64,000 nucleotides of DNA from Pseudomonadales bacterium (lineage in GTDB: Bacteria > Pseudomonadota > Gammaproteobacteria > Pseudomonadales > UBA7239): positions 270,978 to 334,977 of the forward strand of contig JAWKZZ010000003.1 of assembly GCA_041395785.1 (NCBI GenBank), written 5' to 3'. The notes below the pieces were generated by a model. That model was not told the DNA's origin, made no database searches, and saw only the letters and a list, made by a program, of their open reading frames with translations. The position numbers were made by a program, and so were the translations under genes. Below, piece by piece: positions 43,581 to 55,930 of the stretch. Position 1 is the first letter of the stretch. Every line of letters starts with the position of its first letter.

Positions 43581-44114
43581 ATGACCAAGCGCTGGTACGT
43601 TGTTCATGCCTATTCAGGATTTGAGAAAAAAGTTGCAGCTTCCTTGAAGGAGCGCGTAGAGCGTGCGGGCATGCAGGAAATGTTTGGTGACATTCTTGTG
43701 CCGACCGAGGAAGTGGTAGAGATGCGTGCGGGCCAAAAGCGTAAAAGTGAAAGAAAATTCTTTCCTGGTTATGTTCTAGTGCACATGGAATTGAATGACG
43801 ATTCATGGCACTTGGTGAAAGAAACGCCGAGAGTGATGGGTTTTATTGGCGGCAAGGCGGACAATCCTGCGCCAATAACTGATGCTGAAGCTGCGTTGAT
43901 CCTGCGTCGCGTTGAAGCGGGCAGTGAGAAGCCTCGCCCTAAAACCATGTTTGAGCCAGGTGAAATGGTGCGTGTGGTTGACGGGCCATTTAATGATTTC
44001 AACGGCGTGGTAGAAGAAGTGAATTACGACAAAAACCGTTTGCGTGTTGCGGTATTGATTTTTGGCCGCTCAACGCCGGTTGAGTTGGATTTTAGTCAAG
44101 TCGAAAAGGCTTGA
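43581..44114 (+). CDS. nusG: transcription termination/antitermination factor NusG
   Basis: [19 protein letters not shown] domain and C-terminal KOW ([21 protein letters not shown]). 177 aa. Confidence 0.96.
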   Translation: MTKRWYVVHAYSGFEKKVAASLKERVERAGMQEMFGDILVPTEEVVEMRAGQKRKSERKFFPGYVLVHMELNDDSWHLVKETPRVMGFIGGKADNPAPITDAEAALILRRVEAGSEKPRPKTMFEPGEMVRVVDGPFNDFNGVVEEVNYDKNRLRVAVLIFGRSTPVELDFSQVEKA

Positions 44115-44247
44115 TATTGCAGAATATGCGGCCTAAGTCGCATTAGGTGTAGTTGCAACATGGTGTTGTGGCTGCGGGGAGCCTGAGAAGGTTTGTCGAA
44201 GCAATTCGAAAAACTGGAGGCGCTAACACCCAATAGAGGGTTTATTC

Positions 44248-44679
44248 ATGGCTAAGAAAGTACAGGCCTATATCAAGCTTCAAGTTAAAGCTGGTCAGGC
44301 AAATCCAAGTCCTCCGGTTGGTCCAGCCTTGGGTCAGCACGGCGTCAACATCATGGAATTTTGTAAGGCGTTTAACGCGGCAGCTCAGGGCTTAGAGCCA
44401 GGTCTGCCTACCCCGGTTGTGATCACGGTTTACTCGGATCGCAGCTTCACTTTTATCACCAAGACGCCGCCAGCTTCTGTGTTGTTGATGAAAGCTGCTG
44501 GTTTGAAAGGTGGCAGCGGCGTTCCCAATAAAAATAAAGTTGGGAAAGTAACGCGCGCGCAAGTAGAAGAAATTGCAAAGCAAAAAATGCCAGATTTGAC
44601 TGCAGCCAATATGGAAGCAGCGGTGCGTACGATTGCGGGTAGTGCTCGCAGTGCTGGTATTGAAGTGGAGGGCATCTAA
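44248..44679 (+). CDS. rplK: 50S ribosomal protein L11
   Basis: [43 protein letters not shown] is canonical L11. Confidence 0.97.
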   Translation: MAKKVQAYIKLQVKAGQANPSPPVGPALGQHGVNIMEFCKAFNAAAQGLEPGLPTPVVITVYSDRSFTFITKTPPASVLLMKAAGLKGGSGVPNKNKVGKVTRAQVEEIAKQKMPDLTAANMEAAVRTIAGSARSAGIEVEGI

Positions 44680-45369
44680 TGGCCAAGATAAGCAAACGCG
44701 CTCAAGCCATTAGCGCAAAAATTCAATCTGGCAAGCAATACGCTATTGCAGATGCTGTGGCGCTGTTAAAAGAACTGTCAACAGTAAAATTCAATGAAAC
44801 AGTTGATGTGTCTGTCAATCTGGGTATTGATGCGCGCAAATCTGATCAATCTGTGCGCGGTGCAACTACTCTGCCGCACGGCTCTGGTAAGGCGGTGCGT
44901 GTGGCTGTGTTCACGCAGGGTGCAGCAGCTGAAGCTGCTGGCAATTGCAGGGGATTCGTTGGTATGGATGAGTTGGCCGAACAAATTAAAGGCGGCCTGA
45001 TGGATTTTGATGTGGTTATCGCCTCGCCAGACGCTATGCGTGTTGTGGGTGCCCTCGGCCAAGTGTTGGGCCCTCGCGGTTTGATGCCAAACCCCAAGAC
45101 AGGCACCGTGACGCCAGATGTCGTGACAGCTGTAAAAAATGCGAAGCGGCCAAGTTCGCTTCCGTGCAGATAAAAACGGCATCATCCACGGCGGCATTGG
45201 CAAAATTGGTTTTGATGTCAACGCGCTCAAAGAAAATTTGGAAGCCGTAATCAATGACTTGAAAAAAGCCAAGCCAAGCACGGCAAAAGGTATTTACCTG
45301 AAGAAGATTACGCTATCGACAACGATGGGTCCGGGTCTTGTTATTGATCAGGCATCTTTGAACATTTAA
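44679..45369 (+). pseudogene. rplA: 50S ribosomal protein L1, frameshifted (2 nt missing near 45141-45150)
   Basis: ORF 44679-45173 ([11 protein letters not shown]...VTAVKNAK) and ORF 45139-45369 ([22 protein letters not shown]...) together form L1. GCGAAGCGGCCAA lacks 2 nt relative to K-A-G-Q coding. Corrected length is 230 aa. Confidence 0.9.
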
Positions 45370-45661
45370 AAGTTTTTAATTTGGGGTTTGGGTGAGAGTG
45401 CTTGTTGTCCTCTTACCTGAATTGTCAAAAATCGCAGGTGTTGGCATTGTCTTCTGATGTGTCGACTTAAAAAAGCAAGAGATGTGGTTGTTTAGTGTCT
45501 TGATGTGAAGCCCGCGTAGACGGTTAGCCCAATTCAGGTTTTTTGCGAAAGCAGTCTGGATTTGTGCGCCGAAAGGTTCGCGTTTCATGTATTGTGCGTA
45601 GATAGAAATTGCGGCATAAATAATTTCGATCATTGTATCGATCAAATCCAGGAGAAATGCT
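45370..45661 (+). promoter_or_regulatory. long rplJ 5' leader (expected site of the L10 promoter and L10-(L12)4 autoregulatory element)
   Basis: This 292-nt non-coding gap between rplA and rplJ is comparable to the E. coli rplJ leader. I could not fold or align the element, so this is a positional inference only. Confidence 0.3.
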
Positions 45662-46155
45662 GTGGCATTAGCACTCGAAGACAAAAAGGCGATTGTTGCC
45701 GAAGTCCAGAATGCAGCTAAAGGCGCGCTGTCTGCAGTAATTGCCGATTCAAGAGGCGTTACGGTAGATAAGATGGATGCGCTGCGTAAGCAGGCTCGTG
45801 AAAACGGTGTGTGGCTGAGAGTTGTTCGCAACACTTTGGCCAAGCGCGCTTTTCAAGGCACCGATTACGAGTGTTTGGCTGACAGTTTGGTAGGCCCAAG
45901 TATTATCGCTTTCTCTAATGAGCACCCCGGTGCTGGCGCGCGCATTCTGCGCGATTTTGCTAAAGAGAACGATAAGTTTGAACTCAAAGCAGCGTGCTTT
46001 GAGGGCACTTTGGTGGATATCGGCATGTTGGCAACCTTGCCAACTTACGACGAAGCAATTTCTAAGTTGATGAGCGTTCTGAAAGAAATAGCTAACAAAT
46101 TAAGTTTCGCACGATTGCTGCTGTTCGCGATCAAAAAGAACAACAAGCAGCGTAA
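45662..46155 (+). pseudogene. rplJ: 50S ribosomal protein L10, frameshifted near 46101-46107
   Basis: GTG start. [37 protein letters not shown] is canonical L10. The conserved C-terminus [16 protein letters not shown] (stop 46153-46155) is reached only after removing two extra bases in TTAAGTTTCGC. Corrected length is 163 aa. Confidence 0.9.
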
Positions 46156-46212
46156 TAGCTAGCTGTTGTTTTACCTAATTGAGCTTGATTCAAAATTACT
46201 GAGGAAATGAAA

Positions 46213-46580
46213 ATGGCACTGACTAAAGAAGATATCATCAATGCAATTTCAGAATGTCTGTAAAAGATGTTGTTGAATTGATTTCTGCAATGGAAGAAAA
46301 GTTTGGCGTTACTGCTGCGGCTGCTGCGGTTGCTGTTGCTGCTGGCCCTGCGGCGGCTGCGGAAGAGCAAACTGAATTCAACATCGTATTGACAAGCGCT
46401 GGTGAGAAGAAAGTTAACGTTATCAAAGTAGTGCGTGAACTGACTGGTTTGGGCTTGAAAGAAGCGAAAGACTTGGTAGACGGCGCGCCATCTACTGTTA
46501 AAGAAGGCGCTTCTAAGGCAGAAGCTGAAGATGCCAAGAAAAAACTGGAGGAAGCTGGCGCCGCTGTTGAACTCAAGTAA
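46213..46580 (+). pseudogene. rplL: 50S ribosomal protein L7/L12, 1-nt deletion near 46253
   Basis: ATG at 46213 gives [14 protein letters not shown], then the frame is lost. ORF 46254-46580 continues [19 protein letters not shown]...[22 protein letters not shown] should read TCAGAAATG. Corrected length is 122 aa. Confidence 0.92.
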
Positions 46581-46634
46581 TAACGCTTCGGGGTTATTCT
46601 TGCGAAACAAACGGTATTTGGCCTAGCACGACAG

Positions 46635-46665
46635 GGCTGGCGAGATCATTCTCGCTGGCCTTTTT
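46635..46665 (+). terminator. rplL-rpoB intergenic attenuator (partial terminator)
   Basis: GGCTGGCGAGA-tcat-TCTCGCTGGCC (11 bp including two G-U pairs) followed by TTTTT. Its position matches the known attenuator between rplL and rpoB in E. coli. Confidence 0.65.
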
Positions 46666-46777
46666 GCGCTTCTGACTGATATGCGCTTGCAGTAAGAAAA
46701 GAAAGGCAAGGAAAGGAAAGCATCGCAAACAAATATTGTTGCGATTGATAAACAAACGATCATATTGGGGAATACAA

Positions 46778-49700
46778 ATGGCTTACTCATACACAGAGAA
46801 GAAGCGTATTCGGAAAGATTTCGGCAAGTTGCCGCAGGTGATGGATATTCCATCGTTGCTGGCGATACAGCTGGAGTCTTACCAGAGTTTCACGCAAGAG
46901 CATGCGGTGAATGCTCGCGCGGATGTCGGCCTGCAGGCTGCATTTAATTCCGTATTCCCTATCACGAGCTATAACGGCAACGCTGCGCTGGAGTATGTGG
47001 ATTACTCGCTCGGCAAGCCTCTATTTGATGTCAGTGAATCTAAGTTACGCGGTGTAACTTACGCGGCACCACTGCGTGTCAAAGTGCGTTTGGTCATTTA
47101 CGATCGCGAGTCTAGCAACAAAGCAATTAAAGACATTAAAGAGCAAGAAGTTTACATGGGCGAAATTCCGCTCATGACGGAATACGGCACCTTCATTGTT
47201 AACGGCACTGAGCGTGTCGTGGTGTCACAGTTGCACCGTTCACCAGGTGTTTTCTTTGATCATGACAAAGGCAAAACGCACAGCTCCGGCAAGCTGCTAT
47301 ATAACGCCAGAATTATTCCTTACCGCGGCTCGTGGTTAGATTTTGAATTTGATCCCAAAGATTTGGTGTTCGTGCGTATCGACCGTCGCCGCAAACTGGC
47401 AGCGACAATTTTGTTGCGCGCTATCGGCTACAGCACCGAAGAAATGTTGGCCATGTTCTTTGAGAACGATCAGTTCCATGTGTTGGAAAGTGGTGGTTAC
47501 CAGTTGAGCTTGGTGCCTTCGCGTTTGCGCGGTGATATCGCTGCATTTGATATTGTCGACAACAAAGGCAATGTCATTGTTGAAGAAGGTCGCCGTATTA
47601 CTGCTAGACATATCAAGCAGTTGGAGAAAGCCAATGTTGATAAGCTGCAAGTGCCAGACACTTACTTGCATGGACATTCACTGGCAAAAGACATTGTGAA
47701 TCCAAAAACTGGCGAAGTGCTGTTCGAGTGCAATACTGTTATTGCGGCCGATGTACTCAAAAAATTCAAGGATGCTGGTATCACAGAATTTGAAACCATT
47801 TATACCAATGATCTGGATTGCGGTGCATTTATTTCCGAGACTTTGCGCGTTGATCCTAGTCGCACACAGTTGGAAGCGTTGGTCGAAATCTATCGCATGA
47901 TGCGCCCAGGCGAGCCGCCTACCAAAGAAGCCGCTGAAAACCTGTTCCAAAACTTGTTCTTCTCGCCAGAGCGCTATGAGCTGTCTGCAGTTGGTCGCAT
48001 GAAGTTCAACCGTCGTTTGGGCCGTGAAGAAATCAAAGGTGAAGGCACTTTGTCGCGCGAAGACATCGTGGATGTACTGCGCTGTTTGATTGATATTCGC
48101 AATGGTAAAGGCATAGTGGATGACATTGACCACTTGGGTAACCGCCGTGTGCGTTCCGTGGGAGAGATGGCTGAAAACCAATTCCGTATCGGTTTGGTGC
48201 GCGTTGAGCGAGCGGTGAAAGAGCGTTTGTCTGTTGCTGAAAGCGAAGGTTTGATGCCGCAAGATTTGATCAACGCCAAGCCGGTTGCCGCTGCTGTGAA
48301 AGAGTTTTTTGGTTCTTCGCAGTTGTCGCAGTTCATGGATCAAAACAACCCGCTGTCTGAAATTACGCATAAGCGTCGTGTTTCTGCGTTGGGCCCCGGC
48401 GGCTTGACGCGTGAACGCGCAGGCTTTGAGGTGCGCGATGTGCACCCAACGCATTACGGTCGCGTGTGTCCTATTGAGACACCAGAAGGTCCGAACATTG
48501 GTCTGATTAACTCGTTGGCAACTTACGCGCGCACGAATGATTACGGTTTTATCGAAACGCCGTATCGCAAAGTAATTGATGGCAAGGTGACCGATCAAAT
48601 CGAATACTTGTCAGCAATTAATGAAGCGGAATGTGTTATCGCGCAGGCTTCGGCAAAAATTGAAAAGGGTAAATTGGTTGAAGACTTGGTCGCAGTGCGC
48701 CATCTCAACGAATTTACAGTGAAGCCGCCGCAAGATGTTCAGTACATGGATGTCTCACCACGCCAAGTGGTTTCTGTTGCTGCATCATTGATTCCTTTCT
48801 TGGAACACGATGACGCGAACCGCGCCTTGATGGGTTCGAACATGCAACGCCAAGCGGTACCGACACTGCGCGCGCAAAAGCCGCTGGTAGGTACTGGCAT
48901 GGAGCGTGTGGTCGCAACCGATTCTGGTGTGTGCGTAGTTGCGCGTCGCGGCGGTGTAATCGACAGCATTGATGCGGGCAGAATTGTTGTGCGCGTCAAC
49001 GAAGACGAAGTGGCGAAAGGTGATGCAGGTGTTGATATCTACAACCTGATCAAATATACGCGTTCCAACCAAAACACTTGCATCAATCAGCGTCCAATCG
49101 TGCGCCCTGGTGATGTGATTGCCTGCGGCGATGTATTGGCAGATGGCGTTTCTGTTGACTTGGGTGATTTGGCTTTAGGCCAAAACATGCGCATCGCATT
49201 CATGCCGTGGAATGGGTACAACTTCGAAGACTCCATTTTGATTTCTGAGCGCGTGGTGAAAGAAGATCGTTTTACTTCTATTCACATTCAAGAGCTGACT
49301 TGTATCGCGCGTGATACCAAGTTGGGTGCAGAAGAAATTACTGCGGATATCCCGAATGTTGGTGAAGGCGCATTGGGTAAGCTGGATGATTCCGGTATTG
49401 TCTATGTTGGTGCCGAAGTAAAAGCGGGCGACATTCTGGTTGGTAAAGTGACGCCAAAAGGTGAAACTCAACTGACACCGGAAGAAAAATTGCTGCGCGC
49501 GATTTTTGGTGAGAAAGCGTCCGATGTAAAAGACACTTCGCTGCGTGTTCCTTCCAGCACCAAAGGCACCGTTATTGATGTGCAAGTATTCACCCGTGAT
49601 GGCTTGAAAAAAGATCAGCGCGCGCTGGATATTGAAAAAAATCAGTTGGATCAATATCGCAAAGACCTCAATGAAGAATATCGCATCATGGAAGACGCGG

Positions 49701-50851
49701 TACTTGAGCGTCTGCATGCAGCATTGCTGTCTAGCAAAGTTAGCGGTGGTGCTGGCCTGAAAAAAGGCACGGTGCTGACGCAAGAATTGCTGGCAGGTTT
49801 AGAGCGTGCTGATTGGTTCAAATTGCGTATGGATGACAGCGCGTTGAATGATCAGATTGAAAAAGCTGAGCAGGGTCTTGCTGAGCGCAAGAAATTGCAC
49901 GAAGACATGTTTGAAGACAAGCGCAGAAAAATTCAGGGCGGCGATAACCTCGCCCCTGGCGTGCTGAAAGTAGTTAAAGTTTATTTGGCGGTAAAACGCC
50001 GCGTGCAGCCCGGAGACAAAATGGCCGGCCGTCACGGCAACAAAGGAGTGGTGTCGGTCATCATGCCGGTTGAAGATATGCCATACGACCAAAACGGCGA
50101 ACCCGTGGATGTGGTGTTGAATCCGTTGGGCGTACCGTCGCGTATGAATGTCGGCCAGATTTTGGAAACGCATTTGGGTCTTGCAGCAAAAGGTCTCGGT
50201 GAAAAAATCGATGCCATGTTGAAAGAGCAACGCAAAACGGCAGAAGTGCGTAAGTTCCTCGACAGCATTTATTCATCAGGCGAAGGTCGTTCCGAAAACA
50301 TCGCCTCGTTAAGCGATGTGGAAGTGCTGACTTTGGCGGGTAATTTGCGTGCGGGTGTGCCGATGGCAACGCCGGTGTTCAACGGTGCGCAAGAGTCAGA
50401 AATTAAAGCACTGTTGAAATTGGCCGATATGCCAGAGTCTGGACAGATGACTTTGTACGATGGTCGTACAGGCGATGCCTTTGAGCGCCCTGTTACGGTT
50501 GGCTATATGTACATGTTGAAACTCAACCACTTGGTTGACGACAAAATGCACGCGCGTTCTACCGGTTCTTACTCGTTGGTTACACAGCAGCCGCTGGGTG
50601 GTAAAGCGCAGTTCGGTGGTCAGCGTTTTGGTGAGATGGAAGTATGGGCGCTGGAAGCATACGGTGCAGCTTACACCTTGCAAGAAATGCTGACAGTGAA
50701 ATCGGATGATGTTGCCGGTCGTACCAAAATGTACAAAAACATTGTGGATGGTGACTACCGCATGGAGCCTGGCATGCCAGAATCATTCAATGTGTTGGTA
50801 AAAGAAATTCGCTCACTCGGTATTGATATCGAGCTTGAGTCAGACAACTGA
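46778..50851 (+). CDS. rpoB: DNA-directed RNA polymerase subunit beta
   Basis: [17 protein letters not shown] start at 46778 (the ORF begins at 46736). 1357 aa, uninterrupted, with all conserved beta-subunit blocks. Confidence 0.98.
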   Translation: MAYSYTEKKRIRKDFGKLPQVMDIPSLLAIQLESYQSFTQEHAVNARADVGLQAAFNSVFPITSYNGNAALEYVDYSLGKPLFDVSESKLRGVTYAAPLRVKVRLVIYDRESSNKAIKDIKEQEVYMGEIPLMTEYGTFIVNGTERVVVSQLHRSPGVFFDHDKGKTHSSGKLLYNARIIPYRGSWLDFEFDPKDLVFVRIDRRRKLAATILLRAIGYSTEEMLAMFFENDQFHVLESGGYQLSLVPSRLRGDIAAFDIVDNKGNVIVEEGRRITARHIKQLEKANVDKLQVPDTYLHGHSLAKDIVNPKTGEVLFECNTVIAADVLKKFKDAGITEFETIYTNDLDCGAFISETLRVDPSRTQLEALVEIYRMMRPGEPPTKEAAENLFQNLFFSPERYELSAVGRMKFNRRLGREEIKGEGTLSREDIVDVLRCLIDIRNGKGIVDDIDHLGNRRVRSVGEMAENQFRIGLVRVERAVKERLSVAESEGLMPQDLINAKPVAAAVKEFFGSSQLSQFMDQNNPLSEITHKRRVSALGPGGLTRERAGFEVRDVHPTHYGRVCPIETPEGPNIGLINSLATYARTNDYGFIETPYRKVIDGKVTDQIEYLSAINEAECVIAQASAKIEKGKLVEDLVAVRHLNEFTVKPPQDVQYMDVSPRQVVSVAASLIPFLEHDDANRALMGSNMQRQAVPTLRAQKPLVGTGMERVVATDSGVCVVARRGGVIDSIDAGRIVVRVNEDEVAKGDAGVDIYNLIKYTRSNQNTCINQRPIVRPGDVIACGDVLADGVSVDLGDLALGQNMRIAFMPWNGYNFEDSILISERVVKEDRFTSIHIQELTCIARDTKLGAEEITADIPNVGEGALGKLDDSGIVYVGAEVKAGDILVGKVTPKGETQLTPEEKLLRAIFGEKASDVKDTSLRVPSSTKGTVIDVQVFTRDGLKKDQRALDIEKNQLDQYRKDLNEEYRIMEDAVLERLHAALLSSKVSGGAGLKKGTVLTQELLAGLERADWFKLRMDDSALNDQIEKAEQGLAERKKLHEDMFEDKRRKIQGGDNLAPGVLKVVKVYLAVKRRVQPGDKMAGRHGNKGVVSVIMPVEDMPYDQNGEPVDVVLNPLGVPSRMNVGQILETHLGLAAKGLGEKIDAMLKEQRKTAEVRKFLDSIYSSGEGRSENIASLSDVEVLTLAGNLRAGVPMATPVFNGAQESEIKALLKLADMPESGQMTLYDGRTGDAFERPVTVGYMYMLKLNHLVDDKMHARSTGSYSLVTQQPLGGKAQFGGQRFGEMEVWALEAYGAAYTLQEMLTVKSDDVAGRTKMYKNIVDGDYRMEPGMPESFNVLVKEIRSLGIDIELESDN

Positions 50852-50868
50852 GAGCGGAGGATTAGGAC

Positions 50869-53800
50869 ATGAAAGATTTGATGAGTTTGTTGAAATCCTC
50901 GCAAGAGCATGCGGTTGAGTTTGATAGCATCCGCATCGGCCTTGCTTCACCCGAAATGATTCGTTCATGGTCGTTTGGTGAAGTAAAAAAACCAGAAACC
51001 ATTAACTACCGCACTTTCAAGCCTGAGCGGGACGGTTTGTTTTGCGCCAAGATTTTTGGTCCGATCAAGGATTACGAATGTCTTTGCGGCAAGTACAAGC
51101 GCTTAAAACATCGCGGCGTGATTTGCGAAAAATGCGGCGTGGAAGTGGCGTTGGCTAAAGTGCGCCGCGAGCGCATGGGTCACATTGAGTTGGCTTCGCC
51201 GGTTGCGCATATTTGGTTCTTGAAATCCCTGCCTAGCCGTATCGGTATGTTGCTGGATATGACGCTGCGTGATATCGAGCGCGTGTTGTATTTCGAATCC
51301 TTTGTTGTTATCGACCCAGGCATGACCACTCTGGAAAAAGGTCAGCTGTTGGGTGACGAAGAGTATTACCAATGCATGGAAGAATTTGGTGATGACTTTG
51401 AAGCAAAAATGGGTGCGGAAGCTATCCAAGCGCTATTGCGTGATATTGATATCGATAGCGAAGTGATTCGTTTGCGTGAAGAAATTCAACAAACGACTGC
51501 TGAAACAAAACTCAAGAAACAATCCAAACGCTTAAAGTTGCTGGAAGGTTTTCAGGCATCGAAGAACAAGCCTGAGTGGATGGTGTTGGAAGCACTGCCT
51601 GTGCTGCCACCAGATTTGCGCCCATTGGTGCCGTTGGATGGCGGTCGTTTTGCCACTTCCGATCTCAATGATTTGTATCGTCGCGTAATCAACCGTAACA
51701 ACCGTTTGAAGCGTCTATTAGATCTCAATGCGCCAGACATTATCGTGCGCAACGAAAAGCGCATGCTGCAAGAGTCAGTGGATGCGCTGCTGGATAACGG
51801 CCGTCGCGGCCGCGCCATCACCGGTAGCAACAAACGACCGCTGAAATCTTTGGCTGACATGATCAAAGGTAAGCAGGGTCGCTTCCGTCAAAACTTGCTT
51901 GGTAAGCGTGTTGATTATTCCGGTCGTTCTGTAATCGTAGTAGGCCCAACGCTGAAGCTGCATCAATGCGGTCTGCCGAAAAAAATGGCATTGGAATTAT
52001 TCAAGCCGTTTATTTTTGGCAAATTAGAATTGCGTGGTTTGGCGACAACCATCAAGGCTGCCAAAAAAATGGTGGAGCGTGAAACGGCAGAAGTGTGGGA
52101 TATTCTCGCGGAAGTTATTCGCGAACACCCGGTGTTGTTGAACCGTGCGCCGACGCTGCACCGTTTAGGTATTCAGGCGTTTGAACCGGTGTTGATTGAA
52201 GGTAAAGCCATTCAATTGCACCCACTGGTGTGTTCAGCGTTTAACGCTGACTTCGACGGCGACCAAATGGCGGTGCATGTGCCGTTGACGCTGGAAGCGC
52301 AGTTAGAAGCGCGTGCGTTGATGATGTCGACCAACAATATTTTGTCGCCAGCAAACGGCGAACCTATCATCGTGCCTTCGCAGGATGTGGTGTTGGGTTT
52401 GTACTGGATGACGCGCGAGCGCGTGAATGCAAAAGGCGAAGGTCGTTCATTTGCGGATATCAAAGAGGTGAGCCGTGCTTACTACGGCAAGCAACTGGAT
52501 CTGCAAGCCAAAATTAAAGTGCGTATTCGCGAAGTGTTGTTCGATGAAGATACCGGCGCGCGTACTGAAACAGTCAAACTCCACGATACTACAGCGGGTC
52601 GTGCATTGTTGTGGGATGTAGTGCCTGAAGGTCTGGCGTTTGATTTAATCAATCGTCCGATGGTGAAAAAAGCCATTTCGCGCGTAATCAATCAGTGCTA
52701 TCGCAGCGTGGGTTTGAAAGCGACCGTTATTTTTGCCGATAAATTGATGTACACCGGTTATGACTTTTCTACTAAATCTGGTGCATCGATTGGTGTGAAT
52801 GACTTTGCGATTCCGCAAGAAAAAGCAGCCATCATCAAAAAAGCTGACGCAGAAGTAACGGAAATCGAACAGCAATTTGCTTCCGGTTTGGTAACGCAGG
52901 GCGAGAAGTACAACAAAGTCATCGATATTTGGTCGCGCGCAAACGATCAGGTTGCCAATGAAATGATGAAGAACTTGTCGAAAGAAGTAGTCGTTAACAG
53001 CAAGGGCGAACAGGTTCAGCAAGATTCGTTCAACTCGGTTTACATCATGGCGGATTCTGGCGCGCGGGGTTCTGCAGCACAGATTCGTCAGTTGGCCGGT
53101 ATGCGTGGTTTGATGGCGCGTCCTGACGGCTCGATCATTGAAACGCCGATTACAGCGAACTTCCGTGAAGGTTTGAATGTATTGCAGTACTTCATTTCTA
53201 CGCACGGTGCGCGCAAAGGTTTGGCGGATACGGCACTGAAAACGGCGAACTCCGGTTACCTCACGCGCCGTTTGGTGGATGTGGCGCAAGATTTGGTTGT
53301 CACGGAGGTGGATTGTGGCACTGATGAAGGTTTGACCATGACGCCGGTTATCGAAGGCGGCGACATCATCGAATCACTCGGTGACCGCATCTTGGGTCGC
53401 GTGGCCGCAGTTGATGTGTTGGTGCCGGGCAAAAAAGAAACGGCAATTGCTGCCGGTACGATGATCGACGAAAAAATGGTTATCGAAATCGAGCGCATGG
53501 GTATCGACGAAGTGTTGGTGCGTTCGCCGATCACTTGTAAAACGCGCTTTGGTATTTGCTCAACTTGCTACGGTCGCGACCTCGCGCGTGGGCACTTGGT
53601 AAATGTCGGGGAAGCAGCCGGCGTTATGGCGGCGCAGTCCATCGGTGAGCCGGGCACGCAGTTGACGATGCGTACCTTCCACATCGGTGGTGCAGCATCG
53701 CGAGCGTCTGCTGTCGATAGCGTGCAAGTGAAGAAAGGTGGTGTTGTGCGTCTGCATAACATCAAAGTGGTAGAGCGTGCGACAGGCGAATTGGTTGCAG

Positions 53801-55089
53801 TATCGCGTTCTGGTCAGTTGGCCGTGGCCGATGAAAACGGCCGTGAGCGCGAGCGTTACAAACTGCCTTACGGTGCGGTCATTTCTGTGAAGGATGGTGC
53901 CACCGTTGAAGCGGGTGCTGTGGTTGCCAAATGGGAACCGCACACGCATCCAATCATCTCGGAAGTGGCAGGTAAAGTGCGCTTCTCGGATATGGAAGAC
54001 AACCTCAGCATTCGCCGTCAGACGGACGAATTGACCGGCTTGTCCAACATTCAGGTTATCGACCCGAACGAGCGTCCTGCGGCAGGTAAAGATTTGAAGC
54101 CTGCAGTCACGCTGGTGGATGCCAAGGGCAAAGAAGTGTGCCTGCCAAATACTACGGTACCCGCACACTACATGTTGCCTTCCAATGCGATCGTGGCTTT
54201 GACTGATGGCGGCATGGCTGGCATCGGTGAAGTGGTGGCGCGTATTCCACAAGAAGGTCAAAAAACGCGAGACATCACCGGTGGTCTGCCACGCGTTGCC
54301 GATTTGTTCGAAGCGCGTAAACCCAAAGAGCCAGCAATCCTCGCGGAAGTGTCTGGTATTGTCAGCTTCGGTAAAGAAACCAAAGGCAAGCGCCGCTTGG
54401 TTATTACGCCAACCGACGGACAAGTCTTGGCTGATGGCAGCACAAACTGGGAATTGCTGATTCCTAAGCAGCGCCAGTTGTCAGTGTTTGAAGGTGAATC
54501 GGTAGAGCGTGGTGAAGTGGTTGCCGAAGGCCCACCAAATCCGCACGATATTTTGCGCCTGAAAGGCATTGAAGAGTTGGCGCGTTATGTCGTTAACGAG
54601 GTGCAAGAGGTTTATCGCCTCCAAGGCGTAAAAATCAACGACAAACACATCGAAGTCATTGTTCGTCAGATGTTGCGTAAGGTAGAAATCCAAGAAATGG
54701 GTGACTCCTCTTATGTTAAAGGTGAGCAGGCAGAGTTCAGTAATATTCAGGAAATCAACGAGCAGCTAGAAGCGGCCGGTAAATTCCCTGCGCGTTTCGA
54801 GCGTACTTTGCTGGGTATTACCAAAGCGTCTCTGGCGACCGATTCGTTTGTGTCGGCGGCTTCGTTCCAAGAAACCACGCGCGTACTGACAGAAGCAGCG
54901 GTGACAGGTAAATACGATCCGTTGCGCGGCCTGAAAGAAAATGTTGTGGTGGGTCGCTTGATCCCTGCGGGTACCGGTTTGGCATACCACAGCGAGCGCC
55001 GCAGAAAACGCCTGCAAGAAGATATGGGTGTGTCGGCTGAAGATGTTGAAGCAGCATTGACAGAGGCGCTGCAATCCAGTGCTTCTTGA
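50869..55089 (+). CDS. rpoC: DNA-directed RNA polymerase subunit beta'
   Basis: 1406 aa, uninterrupted. Zinc-finger motif [20 protein letters not shown] and catalytic NADFDGDQM. Confidence 0.98.
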   Translation: MKDLMSLLKSSQEHAVEFDSIRIGLASPEMIRSWSFGEVKKPETINYRTFKPERDGLFCAKIFGPIKDYECLCGKYKRLKHRGVICEKCGVEVALAKVRRERMGHIELASPVAHIWFLKSLPSRIGMLLDMTLRDIERVLYFESFVVIDPGMTTLEKGQLLGDEEYYQCMEEFGDDFEAKMGAEAIQALLRDIDIDSEVIRLREEIQQTTAETKLKKQSKRLKLLEGFQASKNKPEWMVLEALPVLPPDLRPLVPLDGGRFATSDLNDLYRRVINRNNRLKRLLDLNAPDIIVRNEKRMLQESVDALLDNGRRGRAITGSNKRPLKSLADMIKGKQGRFRQNLLGKRVDYSGRSVIVVGPTLKLHQCGLPKKMALELFKPFIFGKLELRGLATTIKAAKKMVERETAEVWDILAEVIREHPVLLNRAPTLHRLGIQAFEPVLIEGKAIQLHPLVCSAFNADFDGDQMAVHVPLTLEAQLEARALMMSTNNILSPANGEPIIVPSQDVVLGLYWMTRERVNAKGEGRSFADIKEVSRAYYGKQLDLQAKIKVRIREVLFDEDTGARTETVKLHDTTAGRALLWDVVPEGLAFDLINRPMVKKAISRVINQCYRSVGLKATVIFADKLMYTGYDFSTKSGASIGVNDFAIPQEKAAIIKKADAEVTEIEQQFASGLVTQGEKYNKVIDIWSRANDQVANEMMKNLSKEVVVNSKGEQVQQDSFNSVYIMADSGARGSAAQIRQLAGMRGLMARPDGSIIETPITANFREGLNVLQYFISTHGARKGLADTALKTANSGYLTRRLVDVAQDLVVTEVDCGTDEGLTMTPVIEGGDIIESLGDRILGRVAAVDVLVPGKKETAIAAGTMIDEKMVIEIERMGIDEVLVRSPITCKTRFGICSTCYGRDLARGHLVNVGEAAGVMAAQSIGEPGTQLTMRTFHIGGAASRASAVDSVQVKKGGVVRLHNIKVVERATGELVAVSRSGQLAVADENGRERERYKLPYGAVISVKDGATVEAGAVVAKWEPHTHPIISEVAGKVRFSDMEDNLSIRRQTDELTGLSNIQVIDPNERPAAGKDLKPAVTLVDAKGKEVCLPNTTVPAHYMLPSNAIVALTDGGMAGIGEVVARIPQEGQKTRDITGGLPRVADLFEARKPKEPAILAEVSGIVSFGKETKGKRRLVITPTDGQVLADGSTNWELLIPKQRQLSVFEGESVERGEVVAEGPPNPHDILRLKGIEELARYVVNEVQEVYRLQGVKINDKHIEVIVRQMLRKVEIQEMGDSSYVKGEQAEFSNIQEINEQLEAAGKFPARFERTLLGITKASLATDSFVSAASFQETTRVLTEAAVTGKYDPLRGLKENVVVGRLIPAGTGLAYHSERRRKRLQEDMGVSAEDVEAALTEALQSSAS

Positions 55090-55109
55090 TAGTGTTGTTC
55101 AGTGAACAA

Positions 55110-55140
55110 CAAAAAAGCCCAGCAATGCTGGGCTTTTTTG
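55110..55140. terminator. bidirectional rho-independent terminator shared by rpoC (+) and lptB (-)
   Basis: AAAAAAGCCCAGCA-a-TGCTGGGCTTTTTT has an A-run and a T-run flanking a 9-bp stem. Confidence 0.8.
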
Positions 55141-55189
55141 TGTGCGTCGTAATAAAAAATAAAAAAGTAAGCTGTCGAAATCAGCGGTG

Positions 55190-55924
55190 TTAGAGAGAGA
55201 AGTCTTGCCCTAAGTACACATCTCGTACGCGCGCGTTGTTGAGCACTTCATGGGCGGTGCCTTCGGCAATGATTTGCCCTTCGCCAACGATGTAAGCGCG
55301 CTGGCAAATGGACAGTGTTTCTCGCACATTGTGATCGGTGATCAGCACGCCAATATTTTTTGATTGCAGGTGATGCACGATGTGTTTGATATCGGCAACA
55401 GAAATAGGGTCTACGCCTGCAAACGGTTCATCCAACAAAATAAAGCGCGGCTCACTGGCGAGTGCGCGCGCAATTTCAACGCGGCGTCTTTCGCCGCCAG
55501 ATAAACTCATGCCCAGTGAATCGGCAATGTGGGTAATGTGTAATTCACTTAGTAATTCATCGGCCTTTGCGAGGCGTTGTGATGAAGTTAGGTCTTTGCG
55601 TGTTTCAAGTATTGCCAAAATATTGTTGCGCACACTGAGCTTGCGAAATACGGACGCTTCCTGTGGGAGATAACCTAGGCCACGGCGTGCGCGATTGTGT
55701 ACGGACAGGTGGGTGATGTTTTCCTCATCCAGAAAAATTTCACCTTTGTCGGCTGGGATCAATCCCACCATCATGTAGAAGCAAGTTGTTTTGCCCGCGC
55801 CGTTGGGGCCGAGTAGCCCAACGATTTCACCGCTGGAAACTTGCAGTGATACATCATTTACCACGGCGCGTTTTTTGTAGGATTTTCCGAGATTAAGTGC
55901 TCGGAGCGTGTTGCTAGTTGCCAC
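55190..55924 (-). CDS. lptB: LPS export ABC transporter ATP-binding protein LptB
   Basis: GTG start. Walker [10 protein letters not shown], signature LSGGERRR and Walker [10 protein letters not shown]. Downstream of lptC-lptA. Confidence 0.93.
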   Translation of the reverse strand: MATSNTLRALNLGKSYKKRAVVNDVSLQVSSGEIVGLLGPNGAGKTTCFYMMVGLIPADKGEIFLDEENITHLSVHNRARRGLGYLPQEASVFRKLSVRNNILAILETRKDLTSSQRLAKADELLSELHITHIADSLGMSLSGGERRRVEIARALASEPRFILLDEPFAGVDPISVADIKHIVHHLQSKNIGVLITDHNVRETLSICQRAYIVGEGQIIAEGTAHEVLNNARVRDVYLGQDFSL

Positions 55925-55930
55925 AGTTCA

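Noticed and set aside
45376-45843. 155-aa minus-strand ORF in the rplA-rplJ spacer
   Set aside because: It overlaps the rplJ start and the expected rplJ leader and has no motifs. The region is better explained as a long regulatory 5' UTR.
41802-46580. Programmed frameshifting, or transcriptional-slippage rescue, as an explanation for the broken tuf/secE/rplA/rplJ/rplL (and rpoD, ubiD) frames
   Set aside because: The indel sites are short runs (1-5 nt), not the poly(A) tracts of 9 nt or more known to support slippage in endosymbionts. No slippery heptamer or stimulatory structure recurs. Some events are 2-nt deletions, and rRNA and tRNA are hit too. Sequence error is far more parsimonious.
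47678-54423. Several long minus-strand ORFs inside rpoB/rpoC (47678-48598, 49175-49783, 49799-50230, 52645-53289, 53560-54423)
   Set aside because: They are antisense shadow frames of rpoB and rpoC. Long open antisense frames are typical of highly expressed genes with biased codon use, and nothing else supports them.
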